Shown here in pieces: positions 1 through 13,518 of a stretch of 64,000 nucleotides of DNA. Numbering within the stretch: the stretch's first letter is position 1; each line of letters opens with the position of its first letter. This DNA comes from Octopus vulgaris (taxonomy: Eukaryota). Under the pieces are notes generated by a model that was not told the DNA's origin, ran no database searches, and saw only the letters and a program-made list of their open reading frames with translations. The position numbers and the translations under genes are program-made. The stretch covers positions 110,980,001 to 111,044,000 of the forward strand of contig OX597817.1 in the NCBI GenBank assembly GCA_951406725.2. Reading direction: 5' to 3'.

Positions 1-588
1 TGCTTACTCTTTCTCTCTGTCTGTCTCTTTCTCTCTCTCCTCCCTCCTCTTATCTGCATACACCATTTTGTTCTTTTGCTCTTTTATATAGAATGCTAAA
101 ATATTTTTCATTTGCTTATCTACATATTTTTCTTTTGTCATATATTGGATTAGCTTCTTCACCCATCAGATGATAAGTTAAACCCTCAGTCTTATAATCA
201 TCACCATAAAGAGATAAAAAAATAACCATTCTAGTAAATGCACACTTTGAATCCTTTTTAAATAAATGAGAATAAAAGAATATAAATTCAGATTTTTCCA
301 CCAGTGCAGTTATTGAGTCAGATCTGCTCAGTTGAAGAATAGAAAAATTGGTTGAATTTTACATTATAATATGTTTAATTTATTTTGTTCTGTTCTCTGT
401 TCTTGGATAACAAACAGTTCAATGTTTGGTTTACTTATATCTTATAGTTCTAAAAATTATATGAATACAGTGATAAAATTGAAAACAAATATAAACGAAA
501 GTCATTTCTTTAATTTTTTGTTTTGAATGAATTAGATATGAAATATATCTCTAAACGGGTCTAGCGTTTTTTTTTCTTCCCCACACAG

Positions 589-594
589 CATTTT
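589..594 (+). CDS. candidate 6-nt microexon (CATTTT)
   Basis: Long pyrimidine tract and CAG acceptor (tttttttttcttccccacacag), 6 nt, then consensus donor gtgagt. Frame-preserving and outside any repeat. No transcript evidence. Confidence 0.4.
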
Positions 595-728
595 GTGAGT
601 CATTCTAATGATCTTGTAACCCACTACCTACCACACCAGAGAGAGAGAGAGAGAAAGAAATGACATTGTGGAAGAGTTGTTTCAGCAATTTAAGAAGGCA
701 CACAAACTGTTTATTTCTTTCTTAACAG

Positions 729-752
729 TAGTCTACAGTGAAGTGCCAAAAG
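729..752 (+). CDS. candidate 24-nt microexon, phase 1-1, (V/L)VYSEVPK
   Basis: tttatttctttcttaacag|TAGTCTACAGTGAAGTGCCAAAAG|gttttg. Good acceptor, weak donor, multiple of 3, 134 nt after the 6-nt candidate. Confidence 0.33.
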
Positions 753-1284
753 GTTTTGCCATACTTCTGTGGTCTGATCATTGTCACTGTATTTCACTGT
801 CATTTGGAAGAATGTCTGTGACACTTTTATTACTGTCCATCATTCTTTCTGAAATACATACAGACATAAATACACACACATCAATGTGTGACATCTTTTT
901 GCATGCTAATGAATATATAGTTTGAGCCCCTAATTGCTGTCAAAATTTTTTAATGTATGAGTCACAAGACCTTATTTTATTGAACCTCACAAGATGTAAA
1001 GCTAAAGAATGAAACATAAGACCCTTATGTTCTTGCCTCTATGTCAAATCTCCAAATTTGAAGACTATTCTACAAGAAACAAGACTCCAATCCACAGAAG
1101 TAGAATATACATAAGAAGATAGATTGTGATTGTTGTTTAACCCAAGGTCCATCTATTTCATTGAATTGCTAGGTTACACTTTTTGAAATGTCACTGGTTT
1201 TAATATAACAATATATTTTTCTTCATATTTTTGCATTGACACTGCATTGGATAACTGCGGCAGTGTTACTTGTTTATATCTCCC

Positions 1285-1512
1285 TTAACCCTTTAATGTT
1301 CAGATTACTCTGTTAAATGTAATGCCTTTTCACTCAAATTGTTTTGAATCTATCATACATTTTCTCATGGCTTTGAAATTTCAATGATGTGAATATTTAT
1401 TTTTAGAATGTCAATGTAGGTTAGGTGTGAGAGGCTAGATATGGCTAGTTCAAATATAAAACATGTAGAATATTTGGGCCAGATGTGGCCAGATTAAACA
1501 CTAGAGGGTTAA
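1285..1512 (+). mobile_element. piggyBac-like MITE, family D
   Basis: TTAA-CCCTTTA...TAGAGGG-TTAA termini. Internal sequence shared with 6680, 12441, 24360 and 25327. Confidence 0.85.
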
Positions 1513-1657
1513 AAAAATGTTCTGCAAACCAGTTTAACATGTGAAGTTCATTTGAATAAAGTACTTCTCTTGAAAACAAGTGAAGGTTTGTGTAACAAAC
1601 GGTATTAGGCTGTAGGTAGAATATTGCCTCAAGAAGACTTTTCAGCAATGTGGAAAT

Positions 1658-1758
1658 AAATGCCTTGCTCAAGGATACAAAGCACCACCCAATCCAGGAA
1701 TTGAACATAGAACTTTATGGTTGTGAGCCCAACTCCCTAACCACTGGCTAATGCACCT
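1658..1758 (-). mobile_element. degraded tRNA-derived SINE head
   Basis: Minus strand ggtgcattagccagtggttaggg (A-box-like)...gttcaattcctgg (B-box-like)...ccttgagcaaggcattt. Related to the head at 44927-45182. Confidence 0.65.
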
Positions 1759-3347
1759 TTACACACACATACATACAAGTTTGTGTATGTATATATAAAT
1801 ATACATACATGCACACACCTACACACACGTAAGCATTGTATACCTTATTTATTGTGAGCATCCAAGTGATAAAATGCTGTTTCTCTGACATTTTTATATT
1901 AACTACATACATAGAAATGGAATGGTGGGGTAGTGTGTATGTGTATATAATTCTTATCTATAAACATCCAGGCCTGAAATAAAATGCAACTAAATTCAAT
2001 GTTGGGGTTCTGTTAAGGCATTTATTCTATGTTCTCATAAAATCCTCATTTACAAAATGGGGATTGGTGTCCAAAGCATTTAGTTATTAGGCCTTAAAGC
2101 AATATAAATTAAAGGGGTGGAAGATTCTAATCAATCCAGCTATTTGTTTTTACCCATGGTTACCAACAAGTAATTGGCATAGAATATCTAGAAGGGAAGA
2201 ACCTACTTATTTAAAGGGATCATTTTAGTTTGATTATTCTGTTTATCTTTATCCCATTCTGCTCTCATTTTTGTCATTCTTTGCAACAATTTTCATTCTT
2301 AATATAAATTAGGTTTGTGTGTGTGTAATGTGTATAAAATAATGTAGCAAGAAAGAATGTTAAAGTTACAGAAAATGCTGGCTTTGATCACTTTTTTTTC
2401 TCGTTCTTTCCTTGTTTGTATTTTCAAGATGCTGCTGGCCAATCTGGGAGGTGGGATCTCTCAGCCTGCAACACATACTGAATTTCTTTAAAAAAAAAAA
2501 ACCCCACCATACCGTCTTAAATTATAAAGAAGAGATTTGATTTATGCCTGGAAAGAAGTATCAAAAATAAACAAACAATATGACCATTACTGGTATTCTT
2601 CGACCATATATTTACATGATCTGAAACTAAACAACAATAACTATTATTACTACTAACACTACTTCACTACCATTATTATTAACATTATTGAATAATGAAG
2701 TTTTACTATAAGCTCAAGACCGTGAATTGTTAGGGGAGGTATTTAGTTCTGTTTGTATCATGAGTAATTATTTTAACAATCCTCTGAAAAATAAATGACA
2801 GTCATTTCTAGCAAGACTTGAACTCAGAACTGCTAGTTAACTATAATACAATGAAAATTTCTCTTACATGCAAATGGATGTGAGTTGTGTGATGTTCATA
2901 CTGTTCTCAAAGGTACCAACAATTAATATGAGACTGCTGACTTGTTTCATGGTATCTTACTATGTAGTAATGTTTTTTTTTTACTTACTTGAAAATGGAA
3001 GGGCTGTACACATGACTCAGTGGCCCTTAAAAATAATCAAGGACCACTAAGATTGGTGAGTGAAAGTTATCCTCAGAATTTTGAACTGGTCTAAATGCTT
3101 ACACCAGAGTGAACTTTGTTTAAGGCACCCAAGGCCCAAGTGGTGATGTTAAACTGGGTGACAGATTAAGGCTGCCATCCAAGAACAAGAATAGTCCCTC
3201 TGATGAGATTCTACAGTTTCCACCTACAAAAATTTTGTTTGCAATGCTTTGGTCAACCCAAGGTTATGGTAGAAAGCACTTGCTCAAAATCCAAACAGTG
3301 GAATTAATTGAACCCATTACTACATTTGGTACTGAAATATTGAAATC

Positions 3348-3733
3348 CATTTTGTCTGATGTGCTACCAATTCAGCCATCTTATTTCTGTACAGCATCAT
3401 GAGTTAACATCAATAATATCAGATGTTAGCTACCCAAGAAAAAACATTACAGACTAAGTAACCATGTTTGTGATACAAACTTAAACCCAGAGCCATGCCA
3501 CCTCTGCTCAAACATAAATTAGATTGACTTCCATTTAATCTGGATAATTTATCAAGCATAAAAGGATAAAAAGCAAAGTGAAAATTGGCAGGATTTGGAC
3601 TCAAAACATAAAGGAATTTAATTAAATATCAAAAGGCATTTTGTTTGATGCTCTACCAATTTGTCCGTCCCATTTCTGTACAACATCAATAATATTAGAT
3701 TATAGCTACCCAAGAAAATAATATTGTAAACTA
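3348..3733. repeat. diverged local direct duplication (~100 bp, 3348-3455 and 3637-3733)
   Basis: cattttgt(c/t)tgatg...ctaccaatt...atttctgtaca...acatcaataatat...agctacccaagaaaa occurs twice ~290 bp apart. Confidence 0.75.
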
Positions 3734-4503
3734 TTTACTACAGCACCCATGTTTCAAACTATAAACTAGTGACGTTAAGGTCTCTTGGTTTATCATGTAT
3801 TTTTTATTATCTCCAGGTCAACCTTGATTAAACAGACCTACAATCAAAGTTTTCCTAGTTGTAACAATGCTGCTTTTCCCACCTCCAGGGTAGGGAATTG
3901 CATCATCTAATGTGTCCTTGCTTTCCCAAGACACTTGTAATGGAAATTTAGCTGATATTTCTAGCAAATTAAATGACCACATAAGGACTCTCTCATTGAT
4001 TCATTGTTCATATATATGTGTGTATATCTATCATTACACTCACACACACATATTTACATATTTATGCTTTCACATATGTGAAACCCATATAATATATACA
4101 TACACACAAAGCTTACATCTTGGGTTGGTTCTTTAGGTTAGATAAAATGTTCAGCAGTTAATTTTTAATTAGGTGAGATGGTTGTCTGGCTAACAATCCA
4201 GCTGGTTGGTGCATATATGGTTGCCATATGCCACCATATTAATTTAAGATATAGACATGTTGTGCATGTATTCAAAATATGTTTACTATTGAATGTATAA
4301 AAGGAAGTACAATAGTTATAGTTTGCTGTGAGGACTGAAAAATCCAACATTTCAGATATTTGTCCTGAGAATAAAAAAAAAATGTGTATGCAATAGCACA
4401 ATTAATGTATCAGCACCAAAAGAATATCTTTATTGTTTTGTGAGAGTTTATTTTTCAGTATCCTTTTGAATATTAACTCTACAGGTGGACACTGGAAAAA
4501 TGT

Positions 4504-4733
4504 TTAACCCTTTTGATACCAACCTGCCTGAAACCGCCTCTGGCTCTATAATACAAATGTCTTGTTTTCAAAAGTTATGAATTAAAATCTTCCACCAAAC
4601 CTTAGTCACAATTTATGTTCCTAACACTAGCTTAATGATGATGACATTGTTTTACTAAATTCTTTGTTATATTTAAAATTAATTGAAAGAAACACTGAGT
4701 ATCTCAACAGAAATATGGTAAAGAAGGGGTTAA
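4504..4733. mobile_element. piggyBac-like MITE, family D2
   Basis: TTAA-CCCTTTTGATACC ... GGTAAAGAAGGGG-TTAA. 230 bp, internal sequence unrelated to family D. Confidence 0.75.
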
Positions 4734-6035
4734 TCTAAAGATGGACAATAATACCAAAACCGGTTGAGAACCCTTGATCTATATGGTCTCTTGTTGACAT
4801 GTTAGAAACAGCTGTCATATCATCTTAAAAAATGAATGACATTTTGAATAATGTAGTTCCAGATATCTAAAGCGATGGACTGGGTAGAATGGCTTTGATT
4901 ATAGTTCTTTTTGATCATGACTGATCTGGGGTTAAGCAACAAGTTCCATCCACAACAATTATGCATACACCCTACCACTTTCTCTCTCTTACACACACTA
5001 AAACTTTACTGTATTCATTTATGGTCTTACTCCTGCTCATAAATTACATCATTAATTCATTTAAACGATAATTTATGCTTCTTTTCATGAAAGTTGTTTC
5101 TCTCATCATGTTTCTTCTTTCTCATATAGTATTGTGCTAACATTGATTTTTATTGGCAATCACTTTTTCTTCTTGATTATTCTAGTTATCATTTTAAACT
5201 TCTCATCTTATTCATCCATTCCTTGTTTATTGATTCATATTGTTTAGCTCATTGATTCATAATGTATTATGTAGACTTTGTTCCAGAATCCATAGCTCTA
5301 TCATTCTCTTTGTCAAGAGAAACAGTTGTTTTACAAGGAAAACTGGTTAATTTCTGGAGGTGTTGATTTTTTTAAAAAATGATGTGAAAATGTTAACAAA
5401 TTCATCAATGATTGTATAAATTTATGCTTATTTGTTTATCCCTTTGAAATATGATATAGCATGACCATTTATCAGGTAACATCATAAGTTAATTTTATTG
5501 TGTAGAACATTTTTAGCCAGTTGTCATAATTCTTCGAAGAATTTTCCTAAATTTTACAATTAGTATTTTTTGTATAGCCTTGCATCAATAATCATCTAAT
5601 CTAGGAGTTACCTACATTCCTTAATGAGTGTGTTTACCCTTCTATCAGAAAGTAGGTTGTGATTTGTGAGTAATTTGAATGCTATTTTTAGCGGGTTGAG
5701 TAACAATGTAGCTTAAATTGGTTAGAAATGTTAACACTCCATTTGCAAAATATGTTTCATATTTCTACTGGATAAAACAACAACAACAACAACAAAAAAA
5801 AAAACATACAAAAATCACTAACAAACCTAGGATGTACTGTATTTACCCTAAAATGTCAAATTAGAGTTAACAGATGGACTGAAAGGAATTAATATACACT
5901 TGGCAGCAATATGAAACAAGTGTTTATAGAAACGGTTTTCCATGATATAACTATGGATAGTTTCAATAAGCTAGGCTCAGCCTACACTAAATGCCTAAAT
6001 ATAATGCCCTGATTGAATAAAAATGAATATTTTAA

Positions 6036-6382
6036 GTGCAGGCATGGCTGTGTGGTAAGAAGTTTGTTTTCCAACCACATGGTCACTGTGTGACACCTTG
6101 GGCAAGTATCTTCTACTATAGCCTTGGGCCAACCAAAGCCTTGTGAGTGGATCTGGTAGGCGGAAACTGAAAGAAGCCCATGAGTTGTGTGTGTGTGTGT
6201 GTGTTTGTCCCCTACCACAGCTTGACAACTGGTGTTGGTGTGTTTACGTCCCTGTTACCTAGTGGTTCAGCAAAATAGACCAATAAAATAAGTACCGGGA
6301 TTGATTAGTTCACCTAAAATTTCTTGAGGTGGTGCTCCAGCATGGCCACAGTCAAATGACTGAAACAAGTGAAAGAATAAAA
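6036..6382 (+). mobile_element. tRNA-derived SINE family A (internal (TG)n)
   Basis: gcaggcatggctgtgtggtaagaag head, ccttgggcaag...gaaactgaaagaagccc core, (TG)n, tail cagcatggccacagtcaaatgactgaaacaagtgaaagaataaaa. Multiple copies in the window. Confidence 0.9.
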
Positions 6383-6679
6383 TAATTAGTTTTCTTATAT
6401 TTGTTCGAAGTAGAGGTGACATGTCCTTGAGTTTTTATTGACCCTTTTCACAAAAGAACAAAGGATGAAATGAGTGATCTTTTTGTATACCTAAGACTAC
6501 ATTGTCCAATGTATCCTTCACTTTTAAATCAGTAGGGTGTAATTTTTAGGGAGATTTGGCTGCTATTTCTACCAAGGTGAGAACTGCATTCTGGCACACT
6601 CATTGATTCATGAGTGGATGTTATTGTGGTTATTGTTTAGTTTGAATTGTTACAGGTTAATAGTTAAAGAAGTAATGGA

Positions 6680-6889
6680 TTAGCCCTATCCATATCCAGC
6701 CAAAACAGTTTACTTGTTTTATGTTCAAACTGGCCAGATTTGGCCTCTCACACCTACCCAACAATGTCATTCTAAAACTATACAATTTATCATAGAAACC
6801 TCAAAGCTGTTAGACAATGTGTGATTAATTAAAAACAATGTGAATAAATAAGCATTACATTTGACAGAGTATGAATGCTAAAAGGCTAA
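6680..6889 (-). mobile_element. piggyBac-like MITE, family D (diverged)
   Basis: Reverse complement of the family D body (ggcctctcacacctaccc...aagcattacatttgacagagt...gaatgctaaaagg). Confidence 0.8.
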
Positions 6890-7824
6890 AGTTCAGAGCA
6901 AGAAGGATTATACTATGTTTAGTAAAAGATTTTGATACCTAATAGATAAGAGGAGATACTGTAAAGTAATAAGTAATAATTATAGAGGTATAAATCAAAA
7001 AGATTCAGATGAGGATAGCATGGACATTGAACATTTAGAAAATCCTTAGCCATTGTATCTAACTTAATACAGTTCAAATTCATTTTATTTTATCCACTTT
7101 AACTGTAGTAAGCATCTTGAATAGACTAAAGAGGAAGTCTTTTTTTTTTGTAGACTAGAGATGCAGATAATTAACATATAAAATTTTACATACATCTATT
7201 ATACACCCAGTTGGTTGAACTCTCATGTTAAGGCTTGGTATTTAATACAAAAGAAAATATATTTGTGTAGTCATTAAAAAAAATTTATTTTCAGTAATAG
7301 TTGAAATATTCAACTTATATTGGACTATGACGAGTGCATGTTCTCTCATATAAAGAAGGGAAACTGTTTTATACATAAATGAAAATTTAGATATAGTTTT
7401 TATTTTTTATAAAGCAAAATAATAAATAAATAAATAAATGCATGACTGACCTTTATTTTAAATATTCAGTTAGATCTTATAATTATACTGGGAGTGGAAC
7501 TTGTTCACTCCTGTCACTGTTTTTAATGTTTTATTTGATCAGAGACAGATGTTAATTAGCTTTATATATGATTATGATCATGATGAGGCTATAAATCTAT
7601 AAATTTACCATATAAATGTCATATCACTATATGAAGATAATGTTGTCAGTGAACCTTGCTGATCTAAAGCTAAATGTTTTACTATCTGGTTTAGCTTTAT
7701 ACTCCTAAACATATGCAAACTTGTATTAACCTGAGAGCAAGTGTATAGGGTTAGTCAGTTTTAAGAATTGTAGTTTTTGTATTTGTAAGATTCTTAATGT
7801 GCATTCATGTGTTGAAGCAAATTT

Positions 7825-8116
7825 TGTTGCATCTTGGGAGAATTGTTACACCAATAATAATACACACACTGTTTCAATATCATTTCTTTATTGGTAGTCA
7901 GTTGGTTAAATATCTAACCAGTTAACTAATCAATTGTTTGTTTAATGTGCTGGACTGAGAGAGAACGTCACTAAGTCATTGAAAATGTTGTGGACAGCGA
8001 TGAAAGAACCTTGGCTGACAAACGACCGATTGATTGTTTAACCAGCACGTTAAACAAACAAACAATTAATTAGTTAGATTTCATTATTGATATAATGATC
8101 CTCCCAAGACACAACA
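7825..8116. repeat. long imperfect inverted repeat
   Basis: 7825-7858 pairs with 8083-8116 (7 mismatches in 34, all transitions). 7923-7953 pairs with 8042-8076. Confidence 0.8.
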
Positions 8117-9826
8117 TAAATTGTAGTTGTTTAGAAGTAGAAAGTTATTTGGCAGGATGGAGGAAAATAGCTGTTTGCTTTAGTGAATGAAGGCCTGACT
8201 GTTCTAGGCCTTTTCTGAATCTTATCTTGGATTATGTTGGTTTAGGGAGGGAAAATGTATCTTTTATATACAAATACTAATTTAAACAAAAACAAACTTA
8301 AACAAAAAAGAAAGACATAATAAATAAACATGCAGAAACAAAATCAAAAACAAAATAAAATTACTTTCAGTTCATTATATTATTTTCTTCTTGAAACTTC
8401 CTATAGAACATCCCTTGCCAACATATGTTTTATATCTATGGAAGGTAGAGGAAGTTAGATTAATTTAGTAACTTTTAAGTAACTAAGAAATTCCAGTTTC
8501 CTTAGAAATAATTTGTTTACATGTGAGGTGTAAAAATATGAGTACCAACATCATTGGTCCTTTAAAATATGACAGCATTGAGTTTTGATTTTAGAAACAA
8601 GAAATATGCTTGCACAAGATTACTAATTTATGTTTATCATAATTAAAAAGTATCTATTTCTTGTCTTCTCTAAAAGAATCTCAAATGGCTTCTTTTGTTC
8701 CTTTTTCATTTAAAGAAAGAGTATGATAATCAGCCCAGTAGTGTAACTTTTGGAGATCTCTTCAAAGCCATGATCCCTACTGAAACACAGTTAGAAAGTA
8801 AATCTCCAAAAGTTTCAGCTTTTATTAACTCTGTGTCATTCTTCAATTTGCTAGAAATTGTGGTCAGATCTACCTCAAATCATGCTCGGCTGTCCAAGAA
8901 AGAACTTGTGTAGTCTTGGATACTATAATTGTTTCCAACACTACTTGATATAAAAGAGCTTCCCCATGATCTTGCCAAGGTCGTCTATTCAGTATTTTTG
9001 TTTTAGCCTCTGTCCAATCATGCTCTCCTCTTTCTCTTGGTATTCTTTTCAGCCAAGCAGGTGTAGGTCTTCTTTTTTTGGTTTTGTGGTCTATTCATGC
9101 TACTGTTTGATGATGTATTTGCCAGTTGGGACCAAAACACGTAGCCCAACCTTTGCCATCAATTCTTCATTATTTCTCTAGCCATACATATTATTTTTTG
9201 TTCTGTCTTGAATCATTTCATTTTTCAGAAATTCATGCCATCTGATCTCCAAGATTCCATGTTGTGCTTTATTTTCAAAGAAGTTCTGGATACATTATAC
9301 TTGGACAAAGACAAGATAATCATGTTTAAACTTCTTTCATCCTACACCTATTCAATTAGGGCTAACCTGTAGATGAACAACAACTAATTAGAATTGCTCA
9401 TTATCATATCAATATTTAAAAGATTATAAAAATGATTACAGACCTTTAAGAGTTAGAATTTAATTTTCATGTTCTTTGTTGGACTACAATTGCTTTATTT
9501 TCTTCTTGTCTCAAAAAGGTTGAATATACATAAAAAGAAAGCATTTTACTTCTGCAAACTTTACTATGAGCTCAGATTAGATAAAACACAGTTCTTGAAA
9601 CATGTTTTATTTTTTTAAGCTGGAGACTCCACTTAGTATTACATTTTTGTTGTTTAGGTCTAGAGCAACCTGATTGACCAGGATTATTTCAGCTGTGACT
9701 TTCCTGTCTTCTTTTAAGCATAGTGCACTCAAGTGGTTGCAATAGGAGGAAGATGTAGCTACTATTTCTAGCAGGGCAAAAAATTGCATAGAAACACCCC
9801 TGTTTTCTTGTAATTAGTACTTACAG

Positions 9827-10340
9827 CAGGGTGTTAGGGCTAAATTTCACAGCTTGCATAAAAGGAAAAGAAAACACAATATGCTATTCAAAAATAAAAG
9901 TATCTTAAAAAATCAAAAAATATCAACTGGATACTGGCTGGGAGATAAAAAAGTTTACTCAAAGTAGCCACCCTCAGCTTCATCGTGGCCTCAAGATGGC
10001 TCTGGAACTTGATGCATGAATGCCTCACTGTGTCTCTGGGAAGATCTTTGAAACCTCCTTGATCTTGGCCAGCCAGCCTTGATTGGTGTCTTTGTCCACC
10101 AATCCACTCACATAGTAATCCATGAGATTACAACTGAGGGAATTAGAAAGCCAGAAATTGGGTTTGGTGAAGTATCTGACAACTACTTCTGACGATTCTC
10201 TGACAACCACTTCTGACACTTCTTGTGGGTATGGTAAGGAATTGAATCCTGCTGCCACTCATATGGCCTTCCAGCCAGAGTTTGAGCCGTTCGAGAATTT
10301 GGACCCGGATATCTCCATTTCCAGTGACTTTGAGGGCCAC
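9827..10340 (-). mobile_element. DD37D (maT-type) Tc1/mariner transposon, 3' fragment
   Basis: Minus-strand fragments GRPYEWQQDSIPYHTHKKCQKWLSEN and FTKPNFWLSNSLSCNLMDYYV match WQQDSAPxH...WPPNSPDxNPMDYYVW. Terminus cagggtg at 9827. Homologous to 26250-27880. Internal 24-bp tandem duplication at 10175-10217. Confidence 0.8.
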
Positions 10341-12440
10341 CTCCCAGTGGTGTCGGGCATCAACGAAGAGCCCTCGACTACAACAAGATGACCAAAGTTT
10401 TTTTATTTTTCAAGGTCTGTGGTCTCCTGCCCCTAAGCCCTAGACCATCACCTAATCACCCTTACCCGTCTTGTTGCTTAATAACAACAACAGCCTGAGT
10501 GTGATCACATTATTTATAAATCTTTTCATGTGCTATCCAAAAATTTCTATTCTTTAGGAAAAAATACTTCCTTGATTGTTTAAATATGCCATCCCTCAGT
10601 CTTCATTGAGAAGTTCACCAAAGATGAATGAGCGGCATTATTTTTTATCCTTTAATGTTACACCCCTGTTATTTAATTCATATCAGTTATGTTTACCCTC
10701 CATCATCTCTCCAGTGTGGAACTCATTAGAAACAAAACAAACAGGAATGATATTTTACATAGATTATGATTCTTTAATGAAGAATCCCTGTTTGAGTAGA
10801 GGCAAACTACATTACCCTTCAAATATACATTACTACATATGCTGTTTGAAACCAGAAACACTTATATTGCTTAGTTATTTATAAATTTAGCGAACATTAT
10901 AGTCAAGTATGCTGTTATATCCATTAGATGAATGTTTGACTTTAGTTTTAAATATGCCCATTTGTTTAAGAATTGTTACTGTGTTTTTATTGCATTTTTA
11001 TTTTGCTTTTTTTTTTTGTTTCTAATAACATATGTAGCCCTTGACATTATGTCAGTTTATTGATATAACTGAGATAATGTGAAGAAAATGTTTAACTAAT
11101 GAATAGGGAAAAAAGACTTCCGGTAAAGATAAACCTTGATGTATTCTACTGATATGATTCAAATTCAATTGAGCATGAGAAAATGCTCAATTAATATTTG
11201 GAGACAACTAAAAATGAACTTCATTTTAATTACTTTGTTACTTTAGCATACTGTTATTCTGAGTTCAAAATCTGCCATAGTTTTCCTTCTATCTATAGAT
11301 CAGTAAAACATGTACTATTAATATATGGATATCAGTTCATCATTTCATACAAACAATTAACTTTGTATCTTGAGAAAAATCATTTATTTTAAAGTTAATC
11401 AATAATTTATTTGGTCAAGTAAAAACTACATATAAAACAGAAATTAAATGTTGCTAATCATTTAACATAACAATACCACTACCACTGACAACCACACCAC
11501 AAGCCCTAATTGGGAAAGTCTTTATATGATCACTTGACATACAAGAAACAACAACCAAATCTACCTAAAATCACACCTTATACTCTTAAATAAGGAAAAG
11601 GCAATGTGGTCTACATAATATTAGGAAGGTCATGGTTAGAATGCTTTTGAGTAGGGTTGACTTATGTCTAAACATTAAGAGTTACAACATTTCCCATTTT
11701 AAAATGTTTTGTGCTTTTCATAGACATTGACGAAACATTGTTTCCCAAAAATGATACCGATAGAAGTAAAATCCAAGATATTTTATTACAAAAGTCTGTA
11801 ATTGGAATAATTCTACCATTGTATCTGTAAACGGTTTGTGTCAATGTGTTAAGATACTTGTGGTGTTTACAAAAGGACGACAGATCCAATTCAATTATAT
11901 CCACCTTAGCTTTTCTGTTTCTTTCCTCTCTCTTTGTCTTTCTATCTGTCTTTCTTTCATTTCTTTTGCTTCTTTGAATAAGAGTATGCTAGTCAATCTC
12001 ATTTTTATGATCAATTTAATACATCTGTCAATTTATAGAACAGGCTGTTAGTGTCATGAGAAAAGAAAAAAATAAAAGCATTGGTCTTCCAGTTATAAAA
12101 CCACAAAACTAATGTCTAGTCATACACTCACTTGACCTATTAGCAACAGCAACCAAATCTCCCTCCAATCACTCTCTACCATCTTCAGTAAAACAAAGTA
12201 TACATTGGACAATGTGATTTCTGATGTCCAAAAATTTAAAATGACTGTAGCTGGAACACCTCTGGCCATGGATCTGCTCCATTATGGCTAACCCAAGGCT
12301 ACAGAACAACAACAGAATTGCTGTGTTAGTTTTCTATTGAGGCTTTTTTTGCTCTCACAAAATTGTTCTTATTCTGAAGGCTGCTGAGTTCAGTGGAGTT
12401 TAGTAATTTAGGTAAGAGACAAGCATGTCTCAGTATCAGG

Positions 12441-12655
12441 TAGCATTCAGAGTACTGTCTAATGTAATGCTTATTTATTCACATTGTTTTGAATTAATCA
12501 TGCATTATCTTGTAACTTCAAGATTTCAATGATTTGATTGAATGTTTTAGAATGACAGTGTAGGGTAGGTGTGATAGGCCAGATTCAGTCAGTTTGGATA
12601 TAAAATTGGTAGAATATTTGTGCCAGAGATGATCGGTTTAATGCTAAAGGGTTAA
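12441..12655 (+). mobile_element. piggyBac-like MITE, family D (left end eroded)
   Basis: Family D body ending aatgctaaagggTTAA. Confidence 0.85.
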
Positions 12656-12920
12656 ACCTATGATTCTTCAACTGATACCTTATTTGCTAAATCTAAAGTT
12701 GATACCTTATCTGCTAGACAAGTGTTTCTCAAAATGGATTAGAGCAACCTTAAGGTTAATGTTGCATTCTGAAATCCAAACTATGTCTTAATACTGCCTC
12801 TTGCTGACTGTTTGGTTCTCTTTAAGCATTAAAAAATCTCATTAAAAATTGCAATTCCAGGATATTCAATGAAGTGTTATTTGGAAAACAAAACATAGCA
12901 GTTTAAAATAACAACAAATC

Positions 12921-13300
12921 TTTTATCTTTTAACTTTTACTTGTTTCAGTCATAAGACTGTGGCCTTGCTGGGGCACCACCTTGAAGGATTTTAGTCAAA
13001 CAAAATTGATCCCAGTACTAATTTTTTTTTTAATATAAACCTGGTACTAATTCTATTGGTCTTTTTTACTGAACCACAAAGTTACAGGGACATAAACACA
13101 CCAACATCAGTTGTCAGGCTGTGATCCGGACAAACATAAACTCAAAGACACGCACACAGATATATCTACCAAATTCGCTCACAAGGCTTTAGTTGACCTA
13201 AGGCTATAATAGAAGACACTTTCCCAAAGTGCCATGCAGTGGGTCTGAACCCGGAACCATATGGTTGGGAAGCAAACTTCTTACCACAGCCCCACCTGCA
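12921..13300 (-). mobile_element. SINE family A
   Basis: Reverse complement of the family A tail, core and tRNA-like head. Confidence 0.9.
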
Positions 13301-13324
13301 TCTGCATAGATATCTTTAATCTAC

Positions 13325-13518
13325 AGGAGGATCTTTTAAATAATCATTCAACCTGCAAAAATAGCAACCAAATCACATCCTACCATCTTTATAAAAAGGG
13401 TGTGTACTGAAATGTTGTCACCCTAAATATCTGTTTGTGAAAAACAAGATTGAATACATTTTGATCATAGGTCTACTTGATCAAAGTTGACCTGGGGCTA
13501 AACAGCATCAACAACAAC
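13325..13518 (+). mobile_element. interspersed repeat family E, (CAA)n-tailed
   Basis: cctgc(t)aga/aaatagcaaccaaatc...accatctt...tttgatcataggtct(a/g)cttgatca...gacctggggctaaacaacaac. More than 20 diverged copies on both strands, e.g. ~3800-4000, 6480-6610, 11510-11670, 12120-12315, 21205-21440, 28375-28580, 32610-32790, 33120-33330, 48440-48650, 52895-53085, 54360-54580. Confidence 0.8.

Noticed and set aside
2429-2450. 22-nt exon-like segment after a strong pyrimidine tract (also 12380-12411 and 18450 onward)
   Set aside because: Weak donor overlapping a family E repeat start, or frame-shifting length or no clear donor, with no independent support.
2983-3004. Minus-strand microexon-like signals (cag|15 nt|gtaagt here; GAG|gtaagt at ~32441-32450)
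   Set aside because: Poor pyrimidine tracts. They show that chance splice-like patterns occur on both strands, which is why the + strand candidates have low confidence.
10122-10391. 89-aa + strand ORF with repeated LTTTSD
   Set aside because: Antisense to the DD37D remnant. The repeat is a 24-bp tandem duplication.
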